A stretch of 64,000 nucleotides of DNA from a virus, in IMG/VR virus record IMGVR_UViG_3300044707_000932, positions 1-64,000 of that record, one strand, 5' to 3'. This document shows positions 9,359-18,700 of this stretch, in pieces. The notes beneath the pieces were generated by a model. The model was not told where the DNA came from, did not search any database, and was given only the letters and a program-made list of their open reading frames with translations. Every line of letters starts with the position of its first letter. Position 1 is the first letter of the stretch. The translations under genes were made by a program, and so were the position numbers.

Positions 9359-9985
9359 ATGGAGAAATTAAGAGAAATTATCAAAGAAACTTTAGAGGAA
9401 CACATAGACAAATCTCTAATACTTACTGAAAATATCGAGATTTCTGATTCATTAAAATATCATATTGATGAAGGACTTACGTTGTCAAATAATGTATTCA
9501 GAGTTTATTCGAAAGGATATTTTGATTTGGTTAATGAGGTTAGGGAGTTGTGGAGACAGGGAAAGATTACTTTGAATGAAGAAGATACTCTGATTGTAGA
9601 GTCTGATTTGGGTTTGAGGGTAAAGATTAAAAACGAATATGTGTATTTGGATGCTCCTTTTATTTTGGAGGAATGGACCGAAGAGGAGTTGTTGGATGAG
9701 GCAAAACATCGGGGTAAAAATGTTAAATTGAACAAACCATTCAGAACTCCTGGTGGACCAAAAAAGTTCGCAGTCTATGTAAAATCACCGGGAGGTGGAG
9801 TAAAAAAAGTCACTTTCGGTGACCCTAATTTAAAGGTAAGAAACAGAAACAAGGGGGCGGCCAAATCATTTAGAGCGAGACACAAATGTGACCAAAAAAA
9901 GGATAGAACGACCGCAGGTTACTGGTCTTGTAATGTAGGAAGATATGCCAAACAATTAGGATTGGCATCCAAAAATGCTTGGTAA
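9359..9985 (+). CDS. Conserved phage protein with basic C-terminal domain (LNKPFRTPGGPKKFAVYV...SFRARHKC...YWSC)
   Basis: Motif resembles a widespread large-phage domain of unknown function; start placed at ATG 9359. Confidence 0.65.
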   Translation: MEKLREIIKETLEEHIDKSLILTENIEISDSLKYHIDEGLTLSNNVFRVYSKGYFDLVNEVRELWRQGKITLNEEDTLIVESDLGLRVKIKNEYVYLDAPFILEEWTEEELLDEAKHRGKNVKLNKPFRTPGGPKKFAVYVKSPGGGVKKVTFGDPNLKVRNRNKGAAKSFRARHKCDQKKDRTTAGYWSCNVGRYAKQLGLASKNAW

Positions 9986-10329
9986 TGGAAATCAATAGAG
10001 TTAAGAGGTTATTACAAAATTACTTGGACACAGTAGTTACACCCAAATTCAATGAAAAGAGAGAAGAATTCGGGTTAGAACCTGTAGAGATGAATATTCA
10101 CGACATTTTGAAAGGGAGATACCAACCTCCAATAATTCATATATTCTTAGATACCGAACCTACTATAAAAAAAACTTACGGTATGAAGCCTTTCATGGTT
10201 ATGTTAATTGGGTGGATTGAAAATGAAATTAATAACTTCATGAAAATCTTTTCGTTAGATAATAAAATAAAAATCCATTGGAATAAAAGACCAATCTTCA
10301 ATAATGCATCCTTATCAACAGACGATTAA
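9985..10329 (+). CDS. Hypothetical protein
   Basis: ORF track; TAATG overlap with the upstream gene. Confidence 0.6.
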   Translation: MEINRVKRLLQNYLDTVVTPKFNEKREEFGLEPVEMNIHDILKGRYQPPIIHIFLDTEPTIKKTYGMKPFMVMLIGWIENEINNFMKIFSLDNKIKIHWNKRPIFNNASLSTDD

Positions 10330-10567
10330 CAACGGGAAAATTTTACGAACATTCAAACCTGACGTTGAAGATGAAGAATTGAAATGGCACCAAGACCTGA
10401 AAGATAGAAAAGTAACTATCTTGGAATCTGGCGGTTGGTCTTTTCAGATAGATGACAATTTGCCGAACAAATTACAAATTGCCGAACAAATTTTTATTCC
10501 TAAATTTGTTTGGCATAGAGTAATCAAAGGTCACTCTGATTTGATTGTTGAAATTGAGGAGTTTTGA
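10304..10567 (+). CDS. Small cupin-like protein
   Basis: WHQD...IPKFVWHRVIKG cupin-type His motifs. Confidence 0.55.
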   Translation: MHPYQQTINNGKILRTFKPDVEDEELKWHQDLKDRKVTILESGGWSFQIDDNLPNKLQIAEQIFIPKFVWHRVIKGHSDLIVEIEEF

Positions 10568-10597
10568 TTAAGTGACCTGAGAATACTGAACATTGAA

Positions 10598-11551
10598 TCA
10601 TGCGGTCGTCGTTGTTGTCCAAGTCATTTCGGGAACGGCCGTTGGTAGGTCTTCTTCCGTATAAAATCTTTGTTCTCTTATTGGAGGAGCCACCTCATTA
10701 ACAGGTTCGGCAACACGAAGTTCATGTTTATGAATGTCCCCTAAACATTCTTGATGAACCTTCTCTTGTAGTTCATCACTACACAGATTTTTATTTGTAT
10801 CTTTTGATTTGAATATTCTTCTAACAATTGGAAATAAGTATTCGTCGACATCAATATCCAAATAATCTACTCTTGTATCTTCAGCATTCCAAAAACTCAT
10901 ATCGTGTTCACTAAGTGATTTGAATCCCGCGAACTTGTATCCCGTGAATTTGTTGATGAAATATACCAAAATGCCTTGTCGCCAGTATCTTTCGAAATAT
11001 TGTTTATCACTTTGATAAGTGGTACACCATCTTGTACCTGTACCGTATTTTGCTGATGACGCAAATGAGAGAGGTCTAACGATGACCCATTTATCATCTT
11101 CATATTCTTTTATCACTTGACCTTCTAGTTCACGATTTAGTTCTTTTATACTTGCCAAAGAAACCGCCATCCTTATATCATCAATGGAACTAAAGGAAGT
11201 AACATCATTGTTTTCAATTCTCTTATTCTCCATTAAAGAGATAAATTCTCTAAAAGTTTCGAAATGATTGTTCGGATAAAAATCGATTAGGTGTCTGAGA
11301 AAGTACGCTTGATTATCACTTAGATGCTTAACCTCTAAACCTAAATTGGATAGAAAAGTTCTATATTCCATTGTCATTTTAGATACTTCATCTTTTGAAT
11401 GTTGTTCGGTCATCCTCCATCTTTTTCCAAAAATTTTACAAAATAACGGGATATATTTGTATGAACTTGTAGGGTCCAAAGATTTGAACACATCGAACAT
11501 TGTGATATTGAGTTCTGGATATTGTTTTTTTAGTTCATCTATTCGAGACAT
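10598..11551 (-). CDS. Hypothetical phage protein (ASxKYGxGTxWC family), paralog of 40510-41994
   Basis: YEDDKWVIVRPLSFASSAKYGTGTRWCTT; start placed at MSRIDEL. Confidence 0.7.
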   Translation of the reverse strand: MSRIDELKKQYPELNITMFDVFKSLDPTSSYKYIPLFCKIFGKRWRMTEQHSKDEVSKMTMEYRTFLSNLGLEVKHLSDNQAYFLRHLIDFYPNNHFETFREFISLMENKRIENNDVTSFSSIDDIRMAVSLASIKELNRELEGQVIKEYEDDKWVIVRPLSFASSAKYGTGTRWCTTYQSDKQYFERYWRQGILVYFINKFTGYKFAGFKSLSEHDMSFWNAEDTRVDYLDIDVDEYLFPIVRRIFKSKDTNKNLCSDELQEKVHQECLGDIHKHELRVAEPVNEVAPPIREQRFYTEEDLPTAVPEMTWTTTTTA

Positions 11552-11598
11552 AAATAAGATTTTTGAAAAAATAGTTGAAATAAATTTCATGGTCAAAT

Positions 11599-11630
11599 AA
11601 AAAAGAAGGTGAGTTATTCACCTTCTTTCT
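11599..11630 (-). terminator. Intrinsic terminator after tRNA-Ser(UGA)
   Basis: AAAGAAGGTGA-loop-TCACCTTCTTT with a U-tract on the minus strand. Confidence 0.75.
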
Positions 11631-11631
11631 G

Positions 11632-11717
11632 CGGAAGCGGTTGGATTCGAACCAACGGACCCGTTAAGGTCTCTAGTTTTCAAGACTAGCGCGATAGACC
11701 AACTCTGCCACACTTCC
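11632..11717 (-). tRNA. tRNA-Ser(UGA)
   Basis: Reverse complement GGAAGTG...CTAGT-CT-TGA-AA-ACTAG, long variable arm, GGTTCGAATCC T-loop. Confidence 0.95.
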
Positions 11718-11824
11718 TATTTGGAAACTTTGTGTCCGAAATTTATTAAAACATCCTTACAAAGTAAAATAAATTCTTCCAAAGTTAAGTCACTTTCCAC
11801 ACGATTAACTTTTAGTTATAAATT

Positions 11825-12445
11825 CTATGATAATTTTTTCGATATTTTTTTGATACACTCAAAAATAGTTTCCGCAGTCAACATCATCAAACCAGAAGAA
11901 ATTAATCTTTTTACGATTAGAACAACCACTTTATCAACATCTTCAGTACCGGAAATTAACTGTTGGATGTCAGTTATAATTGGAATTAAAAAACAATATG
12001 CTACCGCTTCTGAGAAATTATTTATTAAGACACCAGATGATTTCAAAAATCTTGAAAAAGATTTCCTAAGTCTAATTGCTTTTTCTTTTAAGATATCAAG
12101 TGTGTCACTCAAACCTTCTTTTTCAACAATTTGTTTTAATCTAATTGATTGTTTCCGATTTTCGAAAAAGGCCATAAAAAATGCCGAACATACCAAAAGA
12201 GCAATTTGGTTGTCATCAAGAGAAAAATTTCCATTTCTAAGGAAGTTATCTAACGGAGCAGTTATACCTCCAACCGCTGGACCCCAAGTCAATAACATCT
12301 TCAAGTTAATTTTGTACTTTCTATTAACTTTATTAACAGAATTTACAAGACTAGAGTATAGTTCCTTCATATTGTTCGAAAGTCTCTCGTTTTCCGACTC
12401 CAATATGATGGTGTTAAATTGATTTTTTGTAATGTAGAAATTCAT
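11825..12445 (-). CDS. Hypothetical protein (ITKNQ..IILES leader, hydrophobic segments)
   Basis: ORF track; ATATTTAT motif upstream on the minus strand. Confidence 0.65.
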   Translation of the reverse strand: MNFYITKNQFNTIILESENERLSNNMKELYSSLVNSVNKVNRKYKINLKMLLTWGPAVGGITAPLDNFLRNGNFSLDDNQIALLVCSAFFMAFFENRKQSIRLKQIVEKEGLSDTLDILKEKAIRLRKSFSRFLKSSGVLINNFSEAVAYCFLIPIITDIQQLISGTEDVDKVVVLIVKRLISSGLMMLTAETIFECIKKISKKLS

Positions 12446-12479
12446 GTATCATATAAATATCTTAACTATATTTATAATT

Positions 12480-13079
12480 ATGAAAAATCCTAATGTTGAG
12501 GTTGGTGACAGAATAATGTGTCTACACATGGACAATGAGGTGTCGGTACCTCCAGGTACAATTGGTACAGTTACGAAAGTCCAAGCTGACCCGACCATGG
12601 AGGATACTATAATGATTTCTGTGAAGTGGGATAATGGTAGTAGTTTGAGTTTACTTAGTGATGTTGATGCGTGGAAAAAAGTTAAGGAAAACGTTAGTGA
12701 AGGAGCTAAAGAAAGTTTTTTTGAAAAAAATGAAGATTTATTTGATTTCTTCGACCGAAAGTGGTTTAATCAATTTCTTATGAAAATGAGGGATACGGGT
12801 ATTGTGAATATGTTGACAGCAGCGCCTTTGATTTATTCCGGTAAAGAACATTTAGACAGATATTATGGGGAAGGTAAGGAGGATGATGAGGATTTCCAAG
12901 AGTTATTAGAAATGGCCGATACCGCAAGAGATAAGATGATTCAGGGAATCATGGAATACATTGAAGCGAAAAACTTGGAAATAGATGAAGATATGAGACT
13001 TGTTAATTCTTTGGCAAGGAAATTTTCGGTTGCTTTGGTTGGTAATTATATTTTATTTAACAATTTCAGACAAGACTAA
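12480..13079 (+). CDS. DUF4314-like SH3-fold domain protein
   Basis: GDRI..L.MD..VPPGTIGTV...VKWDNGSSLSL motif. Confidence 0.65.
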   Translation: MKNPNVEVGDRIMCLHMDNEVSVPPGTIGTVTKVQADPTMEDTIMISVKWDNGSSLSLLSDVDAWKKVKENVSEGAKESFFEKNEDLFDFFDRKWFNQFLMKMRDTGIVNMLTAAPLIYSGKEHLDRYYGEGKEDDEDFQELLEMADTARDKMIQGIMEYIEAKNLEIDEDMRLVNSLARKFSVALVGNYILFNNFRQD

Positions 13080-14293
13080 TTGTTTAATTCGGCAGTAATC
13101 TTGGGTCCTGATAGATAATTTTGTAATTGTATATCAGAAACTTTTATGTTTTTCCAATCGATTATGTATCCATCAATATATTTGAAATCGAAGTTCAGCT
13201 CTACCCAAGGTAATTCGTATGACTTTCTAGATTTTTGTTCTTTAGCTTGTTCCAAATGATTGAGATACAGGTGAGTATCACCGAGGTTACCAATAAGTTG
13301 GTCAGGAACCATATTGACAGCCTTTCCTAAGAAAGTTAGTAATAGTGCGTAGGATGCGATATTGAACGGTAACCCCAAGAATGTATCAACAGAACGTTGG
13401 TTCCACATTAAGGAGATTGCTCGTTTAGGTACACCATAAGGTCTAAAAAACTCATCCGTAGAAAACTCAACATTAGGGTTTCTCATTGGTAAAACCGTTT
13501 TAGGTCTATTTTGTTTCATCCAAGATAGCCTTTCCTCATCACTCAACTCTCTTGTATAAACTTGAAATCCATAATGACAAGGTGGAAGAACCATTCGGTT
13601 TAATTCACCTACATTCCAAGCATTAACCATTAATCGTCTTGAGTCTGGATTTGTTTTAAGGTCGTTGATTAGGTTTGCGATTTGGTCTATTGAATTATTT
13701 TGGTATGTTACTTTAACATCATATTTACTATAATCGCCACCATCATGAATTAAGTCCATAACTTTAACTTTGTCAGAACTTTTTACATTTTCTAAATCAT
13801 AATTTATTACGTTTTTTTTACCCCAACTTCTCCATTGCTTTCCATACACGGGACCGAGTTCACCCCACTGTTTAGCAAACTCATCATCTGTTTTTATTTC
13901 ATTAATGAATTCTTCTTTAGTATAACCGTTATTTCCTTTATTTTTTCTAGCTTCTTCTCGTTCCTTTCCCGGTTCAACCCAATTTTCAATGTAGTCATCG
14001 CTATTCATTACAGTGTGATATCTCTTATACGCATCACCATTCCAAATATGACAGTTATTATCTATAAGGAATTTGATATTTGTGTCTCCTCTTAGAAACC
14101 ATATCAACTCGGTTACCATAGTTTTCCAAGCCATCTTCTTAGTAGTTAGAAGAGGAAACCCTTCACTCATGTTGTGTCTAATACTATAACCGAAGATAGA
14201 CTTCGTACCAGCTCCGGTTCTATCTTTTTTTTCTACTCCGAAGTCCAAAATATCTTGGAGAAGTTGTTGATATTGTTTGTCTATATTATTCAT
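13076..14293 (-). CDS. thyA: Thymidylate synthase with insertions
   Basis: DRTGAGT, FPLLTTKK, ELIWFLRG, SRR, LPPCH, QRSVD, GLPFNIASY, DTHLY motifs. Confidence 0.95.
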   Translation of the reverse strand: MNNIDKQYQQLLQDILDFGVEKKDRTGAGTKSIFGYSIRHNMSEGFPLLTTKKMAWKTMVTELIWFLRGDTNIKFLIDNNCHIWNGDAYKRYHTVMNSDDYIENWVEPGKEREEARKNKGNNGYTKEEFINEIKTDDEFAKQWGELGPVYGKQWRSWGKKNVINYDLENVKSSDKVKVMDLIHDGGDYSKYDVKVTYQNNSIDQIANLINDLKTNPDSRRLMVNAWNVGELNRMVLPPCHYGFQVYTRELSDEERLSWMKQNRPKTVLPMRNPNVEFSTDEFFRPYGVPKRAISLMWNQRSVDTFLGLPFNIASYALLLTFLGKAVNMVPDQLIGNLGDTHLYLNHLEQAKEQKSRKSYELPWVELNFDFKYIDGYIIDWKNIKVSDIQLQNYLSGPKITAELNN

Positions 14294-14469
14294 TTCGATT
14301 GAATTCCTGAATGTAACTTTGCATTTTCCATTGCCAATTTGATAGAATCGAATCTATCCATTTGGGGGTTAAGTTCCTGGAGTTTCAAACTCATATCGAG
14401 AACATATTCTCTGATTCTGAGTTCCTCTGCTTCATAAAGCATCTCATCAATTATTTCTTCGTTTGTCAT
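14290..14469 (-). CDS. Hypothetical protein, 59 aa (MTNEEIIDEMLYEAEELRIRE...)
   Basis: Read from the sequence; fills the gap with an ATGA overlap into thyA. Confidence 0.6.
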   Translation of the reverse strand: MTNEEIIDEMLYEAEELRIREYVLDMSLKLQELNPQMDRFDSIKLAMENAKLHSGIQSK

Positions 14470-14473
14470 AAAA

Positions 14474-14689
14474 TCAAAAATTTTTATCCTGATTTTCCCA
14501 TTCTTCTTTTATGTAGTTTATATTATCTGAAAGATGTTCCATTTGACTTATCCAATTAAGTACATTTTGTGAACCATGATTTTTACCTATCTCATAACAG
14601 ATTTTCATTGCTTTCACCATACCTTCCATATCAAGGAACGCACTATGTCCATTGTGTTCTCTGATGAGTTCTACGAAATCTGGTTTCAT
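14474..14689 (-). CDS. Hypothetical protein
   Basis: ORF track; operon packing. Confidence 0.6.
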   Translation of the reverse strand: MKPDFVELIREHNGHSAFLDMEGMVKAMKICYEIGKNHGSQNVLNWISQMEHLSDNINYIKEEWENQDKNF

Positions 14690-14907
14690 TCTTCGATTAA
14701 CATGTTTGTGTTACTAATTGGGAATCTACCAACAGGTTTTCTTGTTTTTTGTTCATCACCAACAATCTCTTCGATTACCTCATAATGATTTTCCATAACT
14801 CTTACGGTTGGTACGTTAAAGAACTCATGAAGTAATTTAGAATCGCCGGGTTTGTCGGAGGTAACTTTTACAGTTTTGGTTGATGTGTTGAATACTAAGG
14901 TTTGCAT
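14686..14907 (-). CDS. Hypothetical protein
   Basis: ORF track; ATGA overlap. Confidence 0.6.
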   Translation of the reverse strand: MQTLVFNTSTKTVKVTSDKPGDSKLLHEFFNVPTVRVMENHYEVIEEIVGDEQKTRKPVGRFPISNTNMLIEE

Positions 14908-15010
14908 AATAATTTTTAAAATTTAATTAATTGTTATTTCAATTACCCACAAAAGTAGGGAATATTGAGAAAAATGTCAAATAGAAAAGTATTTATAAGA
15001 AAAGTTCAAA

Positions 15011-16486
15011 ATGAAATTTTATTCAAACAGTCCAATTTCAGAGGAAGAAAGACAAAGTATTCTATCCCAACATAAAGAAATTTATAATGGATATCAAACT
15101 CTTTTGCCGAAGTCAGATAATACACAACCATTGTATGTTCAAGATTATGCTCTTGACAAACAAGGTGCCACTCTGAATAACAAAGGAACCGTCAAACCGT
15201 ATACAAACATAAACATTCACGAAGGACATTCGATGGACCAATGTGAGCAGTGTGGGGGTAATATGAACGAGGGTGAGTGTTCAGAGTGTGGTTGGAAAAT
15301 GGAACAAATGGACGAACAATCAATTTCTGATGTTTTAAAAAAGGGGTCAGAGAGAATTCAACAATTGATGGGTGGTAGAAGGTTTAGTAGAAAAGTTCCA
15401 TATACTGCAGAAGCAGTACAAAAAATCTTAAAACAAATCTATTCCGCAAAAACTGAAGAACAACTTCTGAGTGCTATGAAAATGTATGATAATCTTACTG
15501 ACACTAATGAAGATTTTTTGGATGTATACAAAGAGAGAATAAATACCGCTTATAGAAGAAAGGCCGACGAGCTCGACTTCTATTTGAAGAAAAAAGATAT
15601 TAAGAAAGCATTATCTGAGTATGAAACAGGGAAACTAGACGACATTTATAATGTTTCTGATTTGGATGATAGCTCAGAATTCGATTACGTTGAAGGGGAT
15701 GATAATTACCAAGGCAGTTTTGAACAACAACATAAAATGAAAAAATTAAAGTCTGAATCCGCAACTTCAAATGCTCCTTTATCCTATGGAAAACACTACA
15801 ATGAGATTGAAGAACCATATGAATTTAAATCTAATGGACCTGTTGGTGATGGTGGTACTTTGAGACAAAAACCTGTTAATGAAGTTGGTTTCACAGGTGG
15901 TGGGAACGCCCCTGATATGGATTTGAGTAATGTAGACCCAGCGTACGATTTTGAATCTGAGGGTCCTGATGAGGATACTTACACAATCCCTGCGGATGAC
16001 ATGGATTTAAATACAAAAGATGAGTGGGATGCTTATGATTTTGTTTCAGGTGGTGGTAACGAAAATGGTGGTGACGTTTATCCTGTTAACGAGGAAGGTG
16101 AATGTGAGGAGTGTTGGGAAAAAATGGAATCGGCATGGGTTAATGACGAAGAAATCGATGAACAAGACGTTTCAGGTGTACAAGGTATGTATGGGGACAT
16201 GGACCCAGCATTCAACTTCGTGAGTACGGGAGCTGGTAAAGCGGGTCCTTATCAAACATCTGATTTTCCACAGGGATATGAAGGGGAAAATGAAGACGCT
16301 TATTGGGAAGTTGAGTCAAACGAGATTAATCCTGACAAAATTGATAGAGACGCTTCTTGGGAAGAAATCACTGCTTCGACAGGAGAGGATGAATTCTCAC
16401 ATTTAGATGAAGAGGTTGCTGAGAAATTCATCGTTCAGAAAAACAAGATTTACGAAATGATGTTTAGAATGAAAAAATTCAATTAA
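15011..16486 (+). CDS. Acidic repeat-containing protein, probable virion/internal head protein
   Basis: ISEEERQSILSQH leader; CxxC..CxxC; repeated (D/E)xxY(D/E)FxSxG units; TATTTATA upstream. Confidence 0.6.
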   Translation: MKFYSNSPISEEERQSILSQHKEIYNGYQTLLPKSDNTQPLYVQDYALDKQGATLNNKGTVKPYTNINIHEGHSMDQCEQCGGNMNEGECSECGWKMEQMDEQSISDVLKKGSERIQQLMGGRRFSRKVPYTAEAVQKILKQIYSAKTEEQLLSAMKMYDNLTDTNEDFLDVYKERINTAYRRKADELDFYLKKKDIKKALSEYETGKLDDIYNVSDLDDSSEFDYVEGDDNYQGSFEQQHKMKKLKSESATSNAPLSYGKHYNEIEEPYEFKSNGPVGDGGTLRQKPVNEVGFTGGGNAPDMDLSNVDPAYDFESEGPDEDTYTIPADDMDLNTKDEWDAYDFVSGGGNENGGDVYPVNEEGECEECWEKMESAWVNDEEIDEQDVSGVQGMYGDMDPAFNFVSTGAGKAGPYQTSDFPQGYEGENEDAYWEVESNEINPDKIDRDASWEEITASTGEDEFSHLDEEVAEKFIVQKNKIYEMMFRMKKFN

Positions 16487-16490
16487 AATA

Positions 16491-16517
16491 AAAACCCCCG
16501 AAATCGGGGGTTTTTTT
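16491..16517. terminator. Bidirectional intrinsic terminator
   Basis: AAAACCCCCG-AAAT-CGGGGGTTTT between convergent genes. Confidence 0.85.
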
Positions 16518-17106
16518 ATCTTAAGTTTGCCCCACAAAGCCACGTTACCAATGAGATACGAGTTCCTTTCGTGACAGGAGTTACCCTGTGTAAAATGAAA
16601 GACGGGAAAAAACAAAGTAGATTTTTTTGTTTGGGTATAATTGAAATAGTGTGACCCAAGTTCAGTTCTAAATCACCCCCTTCGTATTCGGTTGGGTCCG
16701 AAAGTTGTAAGACACAGGATAATTTACGATTTGACATTCCTGGACCCATGTCTACGTGCCAATCATAGTGTCCATTTTCACTGGCATAGTATTTTGTATA
16801 TTGAAAAGTATCTTGATAACCCCAAATGTCAAAGTTCCACATTTCTTTGTTAGCTCGGTTTGCCAAATCGGCAAATTTATCAAAAAGCCACTTCGAATTA
16901 TCATCCTCATCAATCCATGAAACTTTACTAGTTCTGTATTCGGTTGGTTTATCTGATTTTCCTGTTACAGCATCATAAGCTTCGTTGCTATCACCCAAAC
17001 TTTGGATGAGAGATAATTCGTTCTCAGTGAAGGTATTAGTGAAATAGTAATAATTGAAGTGATTAACGTTAGTTCGTTGTTGATTTATGAAAATTTTTGA
17101 TGTCAT
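16516..17106 (-). CDS. 2OG-Fe(II) oxygenase (PKHD/prolyl-hydroxylase type)
   Basis: YDWHVD, RKLS, YEGG, FPSFILHRVTPVTKGTRISLV motifs. Confidence 0.9.
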   Translation of the reverse strand: MTSKIFINQQRTNVNHFNYYYFTNTFTENELSLIQSLGDSNEAYDAVTGKSDKPTEYRTSKVSWIDEDDNSKWLFDKFADLANRANKEMWNFDIWGYQDTFQYTKYYASENGHYDWHVDMGPGMSNRKLSCVLQLSDPTEYEGGDLELNLGHTISIIPKQKNLLCFFPSFILHRVTPVTKGTRISLVTWLCGANLR

Positions 17107-17117
17107 ATTTGTTTTTT

Positions 17118-17717
17118 TTATCTTTCAGTGTTAAAGAAGAAAACTTGAAAAAGTCTTCCGTCATACATATCTTTTCCGAAGTAATCAAGAGATGTGTGGT
17201 AGTTATCGGCCCGATACATAACACATCTGTTAAAAACGTTTCCGAACCTGTCAACCATGTCCCATTTTGTGTTATCTACCATATCATCGCCAGGAGGGGC
17301 TTGTTTATCGTATTCAGGGTCAGACCAAGATTTTTTATATTCATAATGCATCCAACCTGTTGCCTTGTGTCTGAAGATTCCTGTACCTGAGCTCAATGGA
17401 GCGTCAGGGGTCAAATAAATTAAAGCCGCCCAATCTGTAGTAGAGTCTGCGTGAATCCAAGATTTTTCCCTAGCAGTCGTATATTGAAAAGAACCTGTGT
17501 AGTTATTTTCGGGGTCTTCACTACCCCAATAGGTAATTTCACCAGCAAACGGGAATAAAATTTCACGTAGTTTATTTTTTAATGGTTCATTCAAGAATGA
17601 CTTAGTTCTTTGACCTGGATAGTTTCCACGAACTTTGAATTCTTGTTTCAAAGCGAATTCCCTGACTGCCATAGGGTCAGAATAAAAATTATCAATTGTG
17701 AGTGAGTTGAATCTCAT
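17118..17717 (-). CDS. DUF6445-like putative 2OG-Fe(II) oxygenase
   Basis: IDNFY.DP..VR, YPGQRT, WIHAD, ALIYL, FNR..Y....H, RLFQVFF. Confidence 0.7.
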   Translation of the reverse strand: MRFNSLTIDNFYSDPMAVREFALKQEFKVRGNYPGQRTKSFLNEPLKNKLREILFPFAGEITYWGSEDPENNYTGSFQYTTAREKSWIHADSTTDWAALIYLTPDAPLSSGTGIFRHKATGWMHYEYKKSWSDPEYDKQAPPGDDMVDNTKWDMVDRFGNVFNRCVMYRADNYHTSLDYFGKDMYDGRLFQVFFFNTER

Positions 17718-17816
17718 TCTCTTTTTTCTTTAAATATATGAATCTTTTTTGAGAAAAAAATAATTTTTTTAGGTGACTTTTATCATTAATGGTGATATTT
17801 CTTTATAAAATATTTT

Positions 17817-18122
17817 ATGATGGAGATAAAAGAAATTGTTTCTTATTACCTTAACACAGATTCGAATATTTTAGAGGTTACTTTCAGAACAATAGATGAT
17901 ACCGACGACCTGTTGAGGTCTGATTCAATAAATTACAATGTTGTCGAGGAGTATGGTTTCGAACTTGAAACACTGACGTTTGAGTTTTTAGATGAAGAAC
18001 TTGAAGATGATTTTTTCGAAGATGATGAAAAGGTTGAATTAGATGAAGAAGAACTAATTAATTTTCTGAACGAATATTATACAGTAAACCCTGATTTGTT
18101 ACCAAAATCGGATTTCTATTAG
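17817..18122 (+). CDS. Acidic hypothetical protein
   Basis: ORF track. Confidence 0.65.
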   Translation: MMEIKEIVSYYLNTDSNILEVTFRTIDDTDDLLRSDSINYNVVEEYGFELETLTFEFLDEELEDDFFEDDEKVELDEEELINFLNEYYTVNPDLLPKSDFY

Positions 18123-18138
18123 TTTGATATTTATTGTT

Positions 18139-18390
18139 ATGAATTTAGATGTTGATTTCTTGATTGATTTTTTTGAAAAAAACTCAAATGGTTCAGAAAA
18201 AACCGAAATTGGTGAGCAAGATGCTGCTGGTGGAGGTGGTGGGACAACTTCGGCAAAACCAGTACCAAAATGGGCTGATGTTATAGGTGGACCAACAAGA
18301 GGGGTGGCAAATTCATTACCAAAAAAAGGACAATATTGGAGAGACCTTCTTGGTGGACCAAAAAGAGGGGTTGCTAATCAGCTTTATTGA
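18139..18390 (+). CDS. Small protein with duplicated WxDxxGGPxRGVANxL motif
   Basis: Internal repeat; ATATTTAT upstream. Confidence 0.65.
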   Translation: MNLDVDFLIDFFEKNSNGSEKTEIGEQDAAGGGGGTTSAKPVPKWADVIGGPTRGVANSLPKKGQYWRDLLGGPKRGVANQLY

Positions 18391-18635
18391 TATTTTCTTG
18401 AATCGTATCTTACGATTTCACCTATTTTTTCCCAAAGTAAATCATTATTATTTCTCAACCGTCTAACAAAAGCTTCCACAAAATGTTCTGGGGAGTTGGA
18501 AATTTCTGATTCGTGGTAAGAACTACCATCAGTCATGTAGAAGATGTTTTCTCCGTATATAGTTTCAACTTCTTGTATTTCTTTTAGTTCAAAAGTTTTC
18601 AAAATACAAACTAATTCTTTTTGTGAATCTGACAT
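18384..18635 (-). CDS. Hypothetical protein
   Basis: ORF track; start placed at MSDSQ; TAACTTTG promoter-like element upstream. Confidence 0.55.
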   Translation of the reverse strand: MSDSQKELVCILKTFELKEIQEVETIYGENIFYMTDGSSYHESEISNSPEHFVEAFVRRLRNNNDLLWEKIGEIVRYDSRKYQ

Positions 18636-18700
18636 GTCTTTTTTTTTCAAAGTTACATTTTAATTTTGGTGTAACAAAACTATTTATAAATAAAGTTTTT

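Noticed and set aside
11721-12422. 233-aa plus-strand ORF
   Set aside because: Antisense shadow of 11825-12445, which has the promoter motif and phage-type leader.
13076-14293. thyA as dCMP hydroxymethylase, or intein/intron-containing
   Set aside because: It retains the dUMP-specific Asn; the insertions are short, in frame and lack intein terminal motifs.
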